Shown: one piece after another, positions 1 to 12,670 of the stretch
How the letters are laid out: every line of letters starts with the position of its first letter
How positions within the stretch are numbered: the first letter of the stretch is position 1
Assembly (NCBI GenBank): GCA_038087875.1
Contig: CM075989.1
Coordinates: 3,100,001-3,164,000, forward strand
Direction: 5' to 3'
Source: Malacoraja senta
Lineage: Eukaryota
Length of the DNA stretch: 64,000 bases
Notes under the pieces: model-generated
What the model was told of the DNA's origin: nothing
What the model saw: the letters and a program-made list of their open reading frames with translations, nothing else
Database searches by the model: none
Translations under genes and position numbers: made by a program

Positions 1-118
1 CGCACGCACACACACACACACACACCATCTCACACCCACCCACCATCTCTCACAAACTCACACATAAGCACACCCTCCATCTCACACACACAAACACCCT
101 CCATCTCACACACACACA
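1..118. repeat. Degenerate (CA)n microsatellite
   Basis: cacacacaca... interspersed with ccatct; directly visible. Confidence 0.9.
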
Positions 119-167
119 TCCGGGACATATGACAGTAAAACTCTCTTGATTATACTCAGGTCCGATT

Positions 168-370
168 TCTGGACTGAGAGCGACCTCTGGACTGAGCTCA
201 TCCTCTGGACTAAGCGCGACCTCCGGACTCAGCCACGGCTTGTAGCCTCACAGTTCACTTACTAAGGGCTCGTAGACTCACAGTTCAGTCACTCACGGCT
301 TGTAGACTCACAGTTCACTCAGCAGGGCTTGTAGACTCACAGTTCTGGACACAACTCACTCACGGCTTCC
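168..370. repeat. Two adjacent minisatellite arrays (18-bp and ~30-bp units)
   Basis: ctctggactgagagcgac-type unit about 3.5 times (168-230); ggcttgtagactcacagttcac... unit about 4 times (237-370). Confidence 0.8.
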
Positions 371-556
371 AGGCTGACTGACTCACGCCCGGCCTCCGGG
401 GCTTTATTCTCCTTGCCCCCGGAAGGGTCGTCACCTTCATGGTGACTGACAGGCGAGAAGACCAATCTGCTGATCTCACGATTTTTTAAACCTTCGTAAC
501 AAGCAGGGCCCAGTACGATGGGCAAATATCCACCCCATTATCCACCCCTCAGCATG

Positions 557-1300
557 AGTTTAGTTTATTGTCACGTGTATCGAGGTGAAGTGAAAAGCTT
601 TTATTTCATGCTATCCAGTCAGTGGAAAGACAATATATGATTACAATAAGGCCAAAATGTCACCCATTCCTTCTCTCCAGAGATGCTGACTGTCCCGCTG
701 AGTTACTCCAGCATTTTGTGTCTACCTTCGATTTAAACCATCACCTGCAGTTCCTTCCCACACATTACAATCAAACCATTAGATATAGATACAGGATAAG
801 GGAATAACGTTTAGTGCAAGGTAAAGCCAGCAAAGTCTAGTCAAGGATATTCTGAGGGACATCAAAGAGGTAGATAGTAGTTCAGCACTGCTCTCTGGTT
901 GGTAGGATGATTCAGTTGACTGATAACAGCTGGAAAGAAACTGTCCCTGAATCTGGAGATGTGCATTTTCACACTTCTGTAACTTTAGCCTGATGGGAGA
1001 GAGGAGAAGAAGGAATGTGCTGGTGGCCTTGCCGAGGCAGCGTGATGTATAGATGTAGTCAATAGAATGGAGATAGACACAAAATGCTGGCGTAACTCAA
1101 CGGGACAATAGAAGGGTCTCGACCTGAATCGTCACCCATTCCTTCTCTCCGGAGATCTCTGGAGAGAAGGAATGGGTGACGCTGAGTTACTCCAGCTTTT
1201 GTCCCGCTGAGTTACTCCAGCTTTTTGTGTCTATATTCGGGACAATAGAAGGGTCGGATTGTGTGTTGGTCTGGGCTGCGCCTACAATTCGCTGCAATTC
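557..1300 (-). mobile_element. Rex1/Babar LINE 3' fragment interrupted by Penelope pLTR pieces (~650-760, ~1070-1255)
   Basis: Reverse-complement tail tttattgtcacgtg; body matches the Rex1-type C-terminus copies at 5550-6172 and 11420-12670. Confidence 0.7.
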
Positions 1301-1782
1301 TCTTCACTCTGGCTGATAGAAATCCAGAGAATGTGACAATTTCCAGACCAAAGTGCTTTTAAAAATTGTCTTGACGTGATACAAATTAATTTCCATTTGT
1401 ATCTGCAGATTATCCAAAGCATCCTGCTTAAATAAACTGTTGTCACAGTCAGGTCCCTGACTGCGCAATAATTATTTATTCACTTTAATCCTATCTTTTT
1501 TGAGAATGTTTAACCAGAGCTTTAATGAATTGTGAGCTGTATTGGGTTTAAGTTTTTTAAAAAATTGCATTTTCCCATTGAGCAGATTTAAGCAGAAATG
1601 ATTATAAATCACTTCTGATGCAGGCTCGGGAGTCTAAAGAGAGATGATCTCACTAATCCAATCACTTTCACCTTTCCCCAGGCGACCTTCTACAATGCAC
1701 AAACAACGCACACACTGAATATCAGCCAGCTCATTCTTGTATTCACATCCACATGCTCCTCTCCCAAAGGTGTCAATTCCAG

Positions 1783-2396
1783 ATCAGTTCTGGGCACCGT
1801 GTTGTGGGAAAGATGTTGTCAAGCTGGAAAAGGGTGCAGAGAAGATTTACGGGGATGTTGCCAGGACTAGAGGGTCTGAGCTATAGGGAGAGTTTGAGCA
1901 GGCTGGGACTCTATTCCCTGGAGCGCAGGAGGATGAGGGGTGATCTTATAGAGGTGAACAAAATCACGAGAGGAATAAATCGGGTAGATGCACAGAGTCT
2001 CTTGCTCAGAGTAGGGGAATCGAGGACCAGAGGACATAGGTTTAAGGTGAAGGGGAAAAGATTTATTAGGAATATGAGGGGTAACATTTTCACACAAAGG
2101 GTGGTGGGTGTATGGAACAAGCTGCCAGAGGATGTAGTTGAGGCTGGGACTGTCCCAACGTTTAAGAAACAGTTGGACAGGTACATCAGACGATACTGCC
2201 TGTCCTGCTGAGTAACCCCAGCTTTTTGTGTCTATCTTTGGTTTAAACCAGCATCTGCAGTTCCTTCCTAGACAGGTCCATGGATAGGACAGGTTTGGAG
2301 GGATACGGATCAAATGCAGGCAGGTTGGACTAGTACAGCTGGGACATGTTGGCCGGTGTGGGCAAGTTGGGCCTGTTTCCACACTGTATGACTCTA
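1783..2396 (+). mobile_element. CR1 (HER1-like) LINE ORF2 3' end, with a Penelope pLTR insert at ~2188-2270
   Basis: ORF 1753-2211 contains VQRRFTGMLPGLEGLSYRE...RRRMRGDLIEV...SRTRGH...FTQRVVGVWNKLPE; tail ctgtatgactctat. Confidence 0.9.
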
Positions 2397-2432
2397 TCCC
2401 TACTTTTGCACATAAAAGAAACTGCTGGAGAA

Positions 2433-3090
2433 TGGACAAAAAATGCTGGAGTAACTCAGCGGGTCAGGCAGCATCTCTAGAGAAAAGCAATAATTGATGT
2501 TTTGAGTCAAGTCCCTTCTTCAGACTGAGAGTCAGGGGGGTGGGAAACAGGAGATATGATAATGTGCAGAACAAATCAGAGCCGGCACTGATGGCCAAGG
2601 AGCCCACAATGGTCCATTGTTGGCTGTGGAGGAGGTGATAACGAAGGGATACGAACAGTGAAGCTAGCAGGACGACTAGGGTGGGGGAGGGACGGAGGGA
2701 AAGCAAGGGTTACTTGAAGTTAGAGAAACCAATATTACACTGGGGTGTAAGCTGCCCAAGCGAAATATGAGGTGCTGGTCCTCCAATTTGCGTGTGGCCT
2801 CACTCTGACAATGGAGGAGACCCAAGACAGAACGATTAGTATGGGAATGGGAAGGAGAGTTGAAGTGTTTAGCAACCGGGAGTTCTCCATCGATGCTGGC
2901 TCTGATTTATTCTGTACCTTTTCATATCTCCAGTTTCTCTCTCCCCTGACTCTCAGTCTGAAGAAGGGTCTTGACCCAAAACGTTGGCTATTCCCTTTCT
3001 CCAGAGATGCTGCCTGTCCCGCTTGAGTTACTCCAGCATGTTGTGCCTCTTTTCAGTGTAAACCAGCATCTGCAGTTCCTTCCTGCACAA
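2433..3090. mobile_element. Penelope-like 3' fragment with inverted pLTR arms
   Basis: Minus arm 2433-2885 includes the GIY-YIG C-terminal coding remnant; plus arm ~2893-3090 is its inverted partial copy; degenerate ctgaaga..aaaacg motifs in both arms. Confidence 0.75.
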
Positions 3091-3301
3091 ACTGCTGGAG
3101 GAACTCAGTGGTTCAGGCAGCATCTGCGGAGGGAATGGGCCGACAGTGTTTCTGTCTGAGGAAGGGCCCCATCGCAAAATGTGGAAAAGAACTTATTGCA
3201 ACATATAAAAGAACATTTAAAGGAACAAGTACATATCAGGAACAAGTTCTTCAGCCCACAATGTCATGCAGAACATGATACCAAGTTAAAGTCATTTCAG
3301 A

Positions 3302-3506
3302 GAAAAAATGCTGGAGTAACTCAGCAGGTTCGGCAGCATCCGTGGATAAGATGACGTTATCCAGTGATAAGTGACGTTTCGGGTGGAGATCCTTCCTCAG
3401 ACTGGTTCCAGGAGGAGTGGGAAAGAAAGCTGGAAGAGAGGAGGGCAGGACAGAGCACGGCCAGTAATAGATGAACACAGGCAAGGGTGGCTTCCGATAG
3501 GAAGAT
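3302..3506 (-). mobile_element. Penelope-like pLTR fragment, split by a CR1 insertion and resuming at ~5111
   Basis: gacgtttcgggtggagatccttcctcag (reverse-complement hammerhead core); continuation ggagattgttggagaaagg at 5111 resembles 23346-23395. Confidence 0.65.
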
Positions 3507-5110
3507 TAGACAATAGACAATAGATGCAGGAGTAGGCCATTCGGCCCTTCGACCCAGCACCACCATTCAATGTGATCATGGCTGATCATCCCCAATCAGT
3601 ACCCCTTTCCTGCCTTCTCCCCATATCCCCTGACTCCGCTATCTTCAAGAGGTCTGTCTAAAGGCTCTGTCTTACCTGTTTGCGGTCATCGGCGGTGAAG
3701 CGCGGCGTCGCCGGTAGCGAGGACCGCGCGGCAACGGCGAGAGCGTCGAGCCTATCCACCGGAGCGCCGCACGGATGTTGCGCGGGGGCCGAGTTAATTC
3801 AAACACGGCGGGTCCCACGTGCTTGCGGTAAGTAAAAAAAGGGCGGGCCGACTGCGATGACATCGGCCCGCCGCACGTGACTCACCCGCGGCGGCTGTGG
3901 CGGCGGCCATCCTGATCGCGGCGCTGTAGCGGTGGCTGTGACAGCGGCCGCGCAGCACACGTGCCTCACTGGCGGCGGCACGTGCCTCACTGGCGGAGGC
4001 TGTGGCAGAGGAGGTTTGACGCACGGCGCTCGACCCACACTGGCGGCGGCCCGTGCGAGCGGCCGTGCGCACTCGTGCATCACTGGTGGAGGTTGTGCGG
4101 TGAGTATTTTGTTTTGGACATTGTCGTTTTTATTTTAGCACCACCGCCGCACGGCCCGGGAATTGTACTTTCTCACGAGTGCGCGGTCTATGGCGGCAGA
4201 TTCCTCCCGTTTCGCCGCCATAGACCGCAGACTCGTGAGACAGGCCTTTAACTCTCTCTTGAAAGTATCCAGAGATCTGGCCTCTACCACCTCTGAGGCA
4301 GAGAATTCCACAGACTCACGACACTCACACAACTGTTAAAAAGTGTTTCCTCATCTCCGTTCTAAATGGCTTACCCCTTATTCCTAAACTGTGGCCCCTG
4401 GTTCTGGACTCCCCCAACATCGGGAACATATTTCCTCCCTCTAGTGTGTCCAAACCCTTAATAATCTTATATGTTTCAATAAGATACCCTTTCATCCTTC
4501 TAAACTCCAGAGTATACAAGCCCAGCCGCTCCATTCTCTCAGCATATGACAGTCCCGCCAACCCGGGAATTAACCTTGTAAACCTACGCTGCACTCCCTC
4601 AATAGGAAGAATGTCCTTCCTCAAATTAGGGGACCAAAACTGCACACAATACTCCAGGTGTGGTCTCACCTGGGTCCTGTACAACTGCAGAAGGACCTCT
4701 TTGCTCCTATACTCAACTCCTCTTGTTATAAAGGCCAACATGCCATTTGCTTTCTTCACTGCCTGCTGTACCTGCATGCTTACTTTCATTGACTGATGAA
4801 CAAGGACCCCCAGATCCCGTTGTACTTTCCCTTTTCCCAACTTGACACCATTTAGATAGTAATCTGCCTTCCTGTTTTTGCTACCAAAGTGAATAACCTC
4901 ACATTTATCACCATTAAATTGCATCTGCCATGCATCTGCCCACTCACCCATCTTGTCCAAGTCACCCTGCATTCTCATAGCATCCTCCTCACAGTTAACA
5001 CAGCCACCCACCTTTGTGTCATCTGCAAATTTGCTAATGTTACTTTGAATCCCTTCATCTAATTCATTGATGTATATTGTAAATAGCTGCAGGTCCCAGC
5101 ACCGAGCCTT
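3507..5110 (-). mobile_element. 5'-truncated CR1 LINE (RT C-terminus to (ctattgt)n tail), with a MITE inserted at 3662-4248
   Basis: ORF 4325-5011: WQMQFNGDKCEVIHFG...RPHLEYCVQFWSP...; 3' tail tagacaatagacaatag on the plus strand. Confidence 0.92.
3662..4248. mobile_element. CpG-rich non-autonomous PIF/Harbinger-like MITE
   Basis: TAA on both sides (3659-61, 4249-51); imperfect TIR aggctctgtcttac / gtgagacaggcctt; removing it restores the CR1 sequence gtctaactctctcttgaaag. Confidence 0.75.
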
Positions 5111-5217
5111 GGAGATTGTTGGAGAAAGGCGAGTGAAAAGACAGGTGTCAACCCAAAAGGATAAAGAGTTTCAAATTGTGAAACTGAAAGATAGAGAAGT
5201 TTAGGTTAGTTTAGTTA

Positions 5218-5545
5218 AAGCCCTGTCCCACGGGTACGAGTTCATTCCAAGAGCTCTCCCGAGTTTAAAAAAAAATCAAACTCGTGGTAAGCACGGAGAA
5301 TGAACGTAGCGGGTACGTCGGAGCTCGGGGACGTCTCTTAGCGGCTCATAACGCTAACGGCAGGTACTCGGGAAGACTCGCTAACGGTAAGCACGGGAAG
5401 ACTCGTGAAGATTTTTCAACATGATGAAAAATGTCCACGAGAGCCCCGAGTACCGACGAGCGGCCATTACCGTAAATCTCCGAGTTCGAATCAGGGCTAA
5501 CTCAAGAGAACTCTTGGAATGAACTCGTAGCGTGGCACAGGGCTT
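5218..5545. mobile_element. Harbinger-like MITE
   Basis: Long imperfect TIR aagccctgtcccacgggtacgagttcattccaagag / ctcttggaatgaactcgtagcgtggcacagggctt; TTA/TAA flanks. Confidence 0.8.
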
Positions 5546-5549
5546 TAAG

Positions 5550-6172
5550 ATTAGTTTATTGTCACCTGTACCGAGGTGCAGTGAAAAGCTTTTGTTGCTT
5601 GCTAACTAGTCAATGGAAAGACAATGCATGATTACAATCAAGCTATCCACAGTGTATAGATACACGATAAAGACAATGGAGTGACTCAGCTGGACAGGCA
5701 GCATCTCTGGAGAGAAGCTTCTTGTGTCTGTCTTCGGTTTAAACCAGCATCTGCAGTTCCTTCCTACACGATGAAGAGAATAACGTGAATAATGTTTACA
5801 GCAAGATAAAGTCCAGTAAAGTCCAATCAACTATAGTCTGAGTGTCTCCAATGAGCTAGATAGTAACTCAGGACTTCTCTCTAGTTGTTGGTAGGATGGT
5901 TCAGTTGCCTGCTAACAGCCGGGAAGAAACTGTCCCTGAATCTGGTGTGTGTTTTCACACTTCTGCACCTATTGCCCGATGGGAGAGGTGAGAAGAGGGA
6001 GTGGCCAAGGTGCGACTCGTCCATGATTATGCTGCTGGCCTTGCCGAGGCAGCGTGAGGTGTAAATGGAGTCAATGGAAGGGAGGTTGGTTAGTGTGATG
6101 GTCTGGGCTGCGTCCACAATTCGCCACAATTTCTTGCGGTCTTGGATGGAGTTGTTCCCAAACCATGCTGTG
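5550..6172 (-). mobile_element. Rex1/Babar LINE 3' fragment (Penelope insert ~5675-5770)
   Basis: ORF 5881-6309: SHLGHSLFSPLPSGNRCRSVKTHTRFRDSFFPAVSRQLN; tail gtgacaataaac. Confidence 0.8.
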
Positions 6173-6649
6173 AAAAGTTGTGCAAAGTTGTGAAAAGCCA
6201 GTGCAAGGCCTTCAGGGGGTGAGGAATGGGGGGGGGGGGAAGAAGGGGGACTGGGCCAGGACACATGGGTCGATCTGGGACTGGGAAAGATAGTTATATT
6301 GATTAGCAACAGTGAGATCCAGCAAGCTCGTGGTGCGTTTTGTACTGTTTAATGTTTGGTTGCTCATACATTGTTGGCATTTTGTTCAAGTGTGTCGAGG
6401 AGGATGAACATATCAAGCTGGAGGTAGAACTACTTCACTTGCAATAAACACACAATTTTCAGCTCGAACGGTCAGGTTAATCTGCATCAGGAACCAGTTT
6501 TCAACTCAGTGAACAGAGCTGGAAACAATACTGTCTGATCCTATTTGATCTCGGTCTGGGTGGGAAACCTGCAAAGATAGTAATCACAGCTACAAACAAA
6601 TGGTTCAACGCATTCTTGGAGTGAATGTTATACATCTAGATGCACATCC

Positions 6650-7208
6650 GGCAGCACAGAGGCGCAGCGGTAGAGTTGCTGCCTCACAGCGCCAGAGACC
6701 CAGGTTCGATCCTGACTACAGGCGCTGTCTGTACGGAGTTTGCACGTTTTCCCCGTAACCACCGTGGGTTTTCTCAGGGCGCTCCGGTTTCCTCCCGCAT
6801 TCCAAAGACGCACAGGTTTGTAGGTTGTGTAGGAAGGAACTGCAGATGCTGGTTTACACCGAAGATAGACACAAAATGCTGGTGTAACTCAGCGGGACAG
6901 GCAACATCTCCGGAGAGAAGGAATGGGTGACGTTTCGGGTTGAGACCGTTCTTCTAAGAATGGTTACACCAGCATTCTTCTAAGACCCAAAACGTCACCC
7001 ATTCCTTCTCTCCAGAGACGCTGCCTGTCCCGTTGAGTTACTCCAGCATTTTGTGTCAATTTTTCAGATCTGTAGCTTCGGTAAAATTGTAAATTGTCCC
7101 TAGTGTGTGTGTGTAGGATAGTGTCAGTTGAGGGGATCGTTGGTCAGCGCAGACTCAGTGGGCAGAAGGGCCTGTTTCCATGCTGTATCTCTAAACTAAA
7201 CTAAACTG
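6650..7208 (+). mobile_element. HE1-like V-SINE interrupted by a palindromic Penelope pLTR element (~6826-7060)
   Basis: ggcgcagcgg A box, ggttcgatcc B box, V-domain, (taaac)n tail. Confidence 0.85.
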
Positions 7209-7829
7209 AATGAGCTTCAATATAATTCAGTTACGAAGTACAGATCCCACAAAATGCCAGTGTTCACAAGTGTGGGTCTACAAGTTGTTCTACAAGATGT
7301 AGATATGAATTGATTGACAAAAACTCAAAGGGTAATGTGTGAAGCAGACTCAATGGGACGAAAGGCCTATCTCTTATGGTCTTATGGAAATTCTGTTCTA
7401 ATGAAACATAGAACATAGAACAGCGCAGCAGAAGAACAAGCCCTTTGGCCCATAATGTCTGGGCCGAACATGGTGCCAAGACCATCGCTTATCCACCTAC
7501 AATATCATCCATATTCCTCCACTCACTGCATATCCATGTGCCTATCCAAAAGTCTTTTCAATGCCACTAACAAATCCGTTTCAACCATCACCCGTGGCAA
7601 CCTATTCTGAGCCCCGCACATCACCTTTAAACTTTGCCCCTCCAACCTTATTGCTATTTTTTTTAGATACAAACACACACAGAATGGATTCGAACTGGAA
7701 TGCACTGCTTGAAAGTGGATTGGGTCACGTTCATGCATGGTTTGTAAAAGGGAATTGGGCAAATATTTAAAGATAAAACATTCAAAGAGCAGCAAGGGAG
7801 AAGCAGAGGAATGAGATTACCCACATCTC

Positions 7830-8470
7830 ATAACGAGGATTTCAGTATCGGAGTAGAGAGGCTCTTCTGCAGTTGTATAGGGCTCTGGTGAGACCACATC
7901 TGGAGTATTGTGTACAGTTTTGGTCTCCTAATTTGAGGAAGGACATCCTTGTGATTGAGGCAGTGCAGCATAGGTTCACGAGATTGATCCCTGGGATGGC
8001 GGGACTGTCATATGAGGAAAGATTGAAAAGACTAGGCTTGTATTCACTGGAGTTTAGAAGGATGAGGGGGATTCTTATAGAAACATATAAAATTATAAAA
8101 GGACTGGACAAGTTAGATGCAGGAAAAATGTTCCCAATGTTGGGCGAGTCCAGAACCAGGGGCCACAGTCTTAGAATAAAGGGGAGGTCATTTAAGACTG
8201 AGGTGAGAAAAAACATTTTCACCCAGAGAGTTGTGAATTTATGGAATTCGCTGCCACAGAGGGCAGTGGAGGCCAAATCACTGGATGGATTTAAGAGAGA
8301 GTTAGATAGAGCTCTAGGGGCTGGTGGAATCAAGGGATATGAGGAGAAGGCAGGCACGGGTTATTGATTGGGGATGATCAGCCATGATCGCAATGAATGG
8401 CGGTGTTGGCTGAAAGGGCCGAATGGCCTCCTCCTGCACCTATTTTTTATGTTTCTATGTTTCTATGTTT
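7830..8470 (+). mobile_element. CR1 LINE 3' end
   Basis: ORF 7873-8367: YRALVRPHLEYCVQFWSP...; (tttctatg)n tail. Confidence 0.92.
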
Positions 8471-8599
8471 TGCAAAGGGTTAGTAGAGGCTAGATGGGCC
8501 CAATAGCCTCCCCTGTAAATGATTCAATGAATGCATCATCAAGGTATACCATAAATCACAAGTAGTGTAAGTTCCTGTTATGGTTCAATCAGTAAGTCA

Positions 8600-8793
8600 T
8601 TTTAGTTTAGTTTAGTTTAGTTTAGAGATACAGTGTGGAAACAGGCCCTTCGGCCCACTGAGTCCATGCTGACCAGCGATCCCTGTACACTAGCACTATC
8701 CTACACACAATTTTTTGCTGAAGCCAATTAGCTTACAAACCTGCACGTCTTTGGAGTGTGGGAGGAAACCGGAGCACCCGGAGGAAAACCCAC
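8600..8793 (-). mobile_element. HE1-like V-SINE 3' part, cut by the gap
   Basis: (tttag)n followed by agatacagtgtggaaacaggcccttcggccc. Confidence 0.85.
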
Positions 8794-8993
8794 NNNNNNN
8801 NNNNNNNNNNNNNNNNNNNNNNNNNNNNNNNNNNNNNNNNNNNNNNNNNNNNNNNNNNNNNNNNNNNNNNNNNNNNNNNNNNNNNNNNNNNNNNNNNNNN
8901 NNNNNNNNNNNNNNNNNNNNNNNNNNNNNNNNNNNNNNNNNNNNNNNNNNNNNNNNNNNNNNNNNNNNNNNNNNNNNNNNNNNNNNNNNNNNN
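8794..8993. other. Assembly gap, 200 N
   Basis: Run of N; a round length suggests a placeholder of unknown true size. Confidence 0.99.
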
Positions 8994-9267
8994 ATAGGTG
9001 GAGGAGCAGGCCATTCGGCCCTTCAAGCCAGCACCGCCATTCAATGTGATCATGGCTGATCATCCACAATCAGTACCCCGTTCCTGCCTTCTCCCCATAT
9101 CCTCTGACTCCGCTATTTTTAAGAGCCCTATCTAGCTCTCTCTTGAAAGCATCCAGAGAACCTGCCTCCACCGCCCTCTGAGGCAGAGAATTCCACAGAC
9201 TCACCACTCTCTGTGAGAAAACGTGTTTCCTCGTCTCCGTTCTAAATGGCTTACTCCTTATTCTTAA
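8994..9267 (-). mobile_element. CR1 LINE 3' end
   Basis: ggccattcggcccttc...tgtgatcatggctgatcat; matches the other CR1 tails. Confidence 0.88.
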
Positions 9268-9443
9268 TTTCCACGACTTCGCCTACCATTTCCCCATAAC
9301 CTTTCTTTCCCTTACCGATTAGAAATCTATCTCTCACTTAAATGCCAGATAGTGTGGTGACTCTTTACATGCAGGTCCCAGAAGATGATATACTCTCATA
9401 GAGATAGGGTCATCCAGCACAAGGCGGGCCCTTCCACCCAACC

Positions 9444-9687
9444 GTGTAGGAAGGAACTGCAGATGCTGGTTTAAATGGAACATAGACCCAAAATGCTGGA
9501 GTAACTCAGCGGGACAGGCAGCATCTCTGGAGAGAAGGAATGGGTGACGTTTCGGGGCAAGACCATTCTTCAGACTGTTCAGTCTTGACCCGAAAGATGG
9601 GTCTCGACCCGAAACGTCACCTATTCCCTTCTCTCCAAAGATGCTGCCTGTCCCGCTGAGTTACTCCAGCATTTTGTGCCTACCTTC
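9444..9687. mobile_element. Palindromic Penelope pLTR-derived short element with TSD
   Basis: Inverted arms around cagactgttcagtct; ccttccacccaacc duplicated at 9430-9443 and 9683-9696. Confidence 0.8.
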
Positions 9688-9844
9688 CACCCAACCTGTC
9701 CATGCCGATAAAGATGCCCCATCTATGCTATTCCCCAACTGCCCGCGTTTGGCCCATATCCCTCGAAACCTTCTAAACCTCTAAACCTTTAATCGCTCTT
9801 CACTTTTAAATCTCTTTCCACTTGCAAATCCATCGGTGTTTCTA

Positions 9845-10087
9845 TGTATAGGAAGGAACCGCAGATGCTGGTTTATACCAACGATCGACACAAGGTGCTG
9901 GAGTAATCCAGTGCGGCAGGCAGCATCTCTGGAACAAAAGGAATAGGTGGTGTTTTCAGATTGGAACCCTTCTTCAGATTGGCTTCTTCAGTCTGAAAAA
10001 GACTTCTGACCTGAAACGTCACCTATTCCGTTAATCCAGAGATGCTGCCTGACCCACTGGATTACTTCAGCACCTTTTGTTTATCAT
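9845..10087. mobile_element. Palindromic Penelope pLTR-derived short element (diverged)
   Basis: Inverted arms gtgctggagtaatccagtg...cactggattacttcagcac; ctgaaa...gaaacgtc motif. Confidence 0.7.
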
Positions 10088-10780
10088 CTGTATTTCTAGC
10101 TGTTCGACAATATTCTCTTTAATTTAGTATTTATTTCTTTGCTCTGCCTGATATGCTTGTGAGAACGTTGCTTGTATTCACGTGTCATCTGGTAACACAC
10201 AAGCTAAAGCTTTTCTCTGTAAACCCATGATAAACACATACCAATACCAAATATACTCTGTGCTTGTAACCCTATGTGTAGACGCTCCAAATACTCAACC
10301 TTCTGAGAGAAAGAATTCTTTCTCATCTCAGTCTTAAATGGATCTACCCTGATTCTGAGACACTTTGGTTTTGGCCGTGAGGAGAAATATCCTCTCAGCT
10401 TTTACACTGTCTAACAACAAAAAAATCTTATGCTTCACATAGGATCACCTCTCATTCTTCTAAACTTCAATGAGCGGATGGCAGCTTGCGTAAACTTTTC
10501 TCGTAAGACAATCCCTCTCCACACAAATTCTTCCTGCTGATCCTTTTTTTGAGCTGTGACCATTGTTCATTGTCCATTGTTCCGTTAGACTTCTCTATTA
10601 TTTGTTGCGAGTGTTAACTACAGTTTTCCACACTTTTTCTGCATTTCAATAGTTCAATGGTGCTTTTGTTGTCACAAGCGCAAAGTGCAAATGCACAGTG
10701 GAATTCTAGTCTTGCTTGCCCTCCAGTAGAGTAGTGCCATACCCAATTACATCCCCGATGAGCAAGTGTACAGAAGTAGT

Positions 10781-10808
10781 CTGAAGAAGGGTCTCGACCT
10801 GAAACGTC
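10781..10808 (+). ncRNA. Minimal type I hammerhead ribozyme motif within a Penelope pLTR (representative copy)
   Basis: CUGAAGA-A-GGGU(CUCG)ACCU-GAAA-C-GUC: conserved core, short stem II, palindromic ACGU stem III; activity untested. Confidence 0.65.
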
Positions 10809-11419
10809 ACCCATTCCTTCTCTCCAGAGATGCTGCCTGTCCCGCTGAGTTACTCCAGCTTTTTGTGTCTATCTTCAGTTTAAACCAGCATCTGCAGTTC
10901 CTTCCTACACAGAAATAGTCCACTGATCCCGTATGCAAGAGATGCCAACTCTGGCACCATTTTCATAATCCAGTCCAGTCTCTAGTTATGACTAAAATGA
11001 AACATCTTTAAAGACACAGAAAGAGGAAGGAAATAAATAAATGTCTGATGGGGTGGATTGAGACTTATTTAGCTTTAGGTTTAATTTTTAATGTGGGGGA
11101 TGGTAGTGGTAGTGCAAAGTGAGCAATAGAGGTCATGTTTTATTATTAATGTTTAATGTTTAATGTGTCATTCCTAGCTGTCACTGTATGTCATGTTGTC
11201 ACTTGCGGGCGGAGCACCAAGGCAAATTCCTTGTATGTGAATACTTGGCCAATAAACTTATTCATTCAATAGATTAGAGCACAGAAGGTCACTCTGCAGG
11301 ATGTGGAACTATTTGAGGTAGGTGGAATGAAAACTGGAAATCTAACTTTAAAAAGACTGGAATCCACATTGGATAAATATTCCAAGATGTTGGAGTGAAA
11401 CACTCAAGGCAATGTGCCG

Positions 11420-12670
11420 TAGTTTAGTTTAGTTTATTGTCATGTGTACCAACACGCAGTGAAAAAGGTCAAACCAGTCAGCGGAAAGAGTATACATGAT
11501 TACAATCGAGCCATCCACAGTGTACTGATACCTGGTAAAGGTAATAACATGAATAATGTCTAGTGCAAGGTGAAGTCTAGTCAATTCAGATCAAAAATAA
11601 TCTGTGTCTCCAATGAGGTAGTTAGGACTGTTCTCTAGTTATTGTGATGGGCCTGTCCCAATTAGGCATTTTTTAGGCAACTACAGGCGACTAGTTAGAC
11701 GCCACATGTTCGCCGGTGGTCGCCGGGAGTCGTCTCCTCAGTCGCGCAAAATGTTGTAGCGTCTTTCTGGTCGCCGCTAAATTTTCAACATTGAAACATT
11801 TTCGGCGACAGTGGGTTTGACGCCAGTGAGCGTAGCTTGACGTAGGTGCTGTCGTAGGTTGTTGCCAGAATGACAGAGGTTGTCGCTGGCAGTTGCCTCA
11901 AAAATCGGCAAGTGGGACAGGCCCATTAGGACGGTTCAGTTGGCTGATAACACCTGGGAAGAAACTGTCCCTGAATCTGGAGATGTGCATTTTCATACCA
12001 TTATACCCTTTCCCAAATGGGAGAGGGAAAAAGAGGGATTGGCTGGGGTGCAACTCATCCTTAATTATGCTGCTGGCCTTGCCGAGGCAGCGTGAGATGT
12101 AAATGGAGTCAATGGAAGGGAGGTTGGTTTGTGTGATGGTCTGGTCTGCGTCCACAATTCTCTGCAATTTCTGGCGGTCTTGGATGGAGCTGTTCCCAAA
12201 CCATGCTGTGATGCATCTCGATAAAATGCTTTTGACAGCGCAACTGTCGAAGTTCATGAGAGTTGTTGGGGACATGCTGAACTTCCTAAACCTTATAAGG
12301 AAGTAGAGGCCTTGATTGTTGCCTCAATATGGGTGGTCCAGGCCAAGTTGCTGGTGATATTTACTCCAAGGATATTAAAGCTTTCAACCATGTCTACTTT
12401 GGCACAGTCAATGCAAACTGAAGTCGATCACTATCTCCTTTGTCTCGCTGACATTGAGATAAAGGTTGTTGTCTCGACACCAGGACACGAAGTTCTCAAT
12501 CTCCTCCCTGTACTCCGTCTCATCATTATTTGACATCCGGGTGACAACGGTGGTATTATCTGCGAATATGTAAATTGAATTAGATTTGTACAAGGCTACG
12601 CAGTCATGGGTGAACAAGGAGTGAAGAAGGAGGCTGAGAATGGCTCCAGTGTTGAGGATTATTGTAGAGG
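11420..12670 (-). mobile_element. Rex1/Babar LINE RT to 3' end, degenerate, with a MITE at 11648-11925
   Basis: ORFs 12408-12755 (FTHDCVA...FADNTTVV...ETEYREEIE) and 11898-12275 (SILSRCITAWFGN...DSFFP). Confidence 0.85.
11648..11925. mobile_element. Harbinger-like MITE
   Basis: TIR tgggcctgtccca / tgggacaggccca; flanks tga/tta. Confidence 0.75.

Noticed and set aside
3672..4332. CpG island or promoter with overlapping ORFs
   Set aside because: Bounded by TIRs and a TAA TSD inside a CR1 tail, so it is a MITE; the ORFs reflect high GC
6380..6430. Micro-exon CVEEDEHIKLE
   Set aside because: Weak acceptor and donor (aag / gtagaa) and no supporting evidence
8715..9069. ORFs spanning X runs
   Set aside because: Artefacts of the 200-N gap
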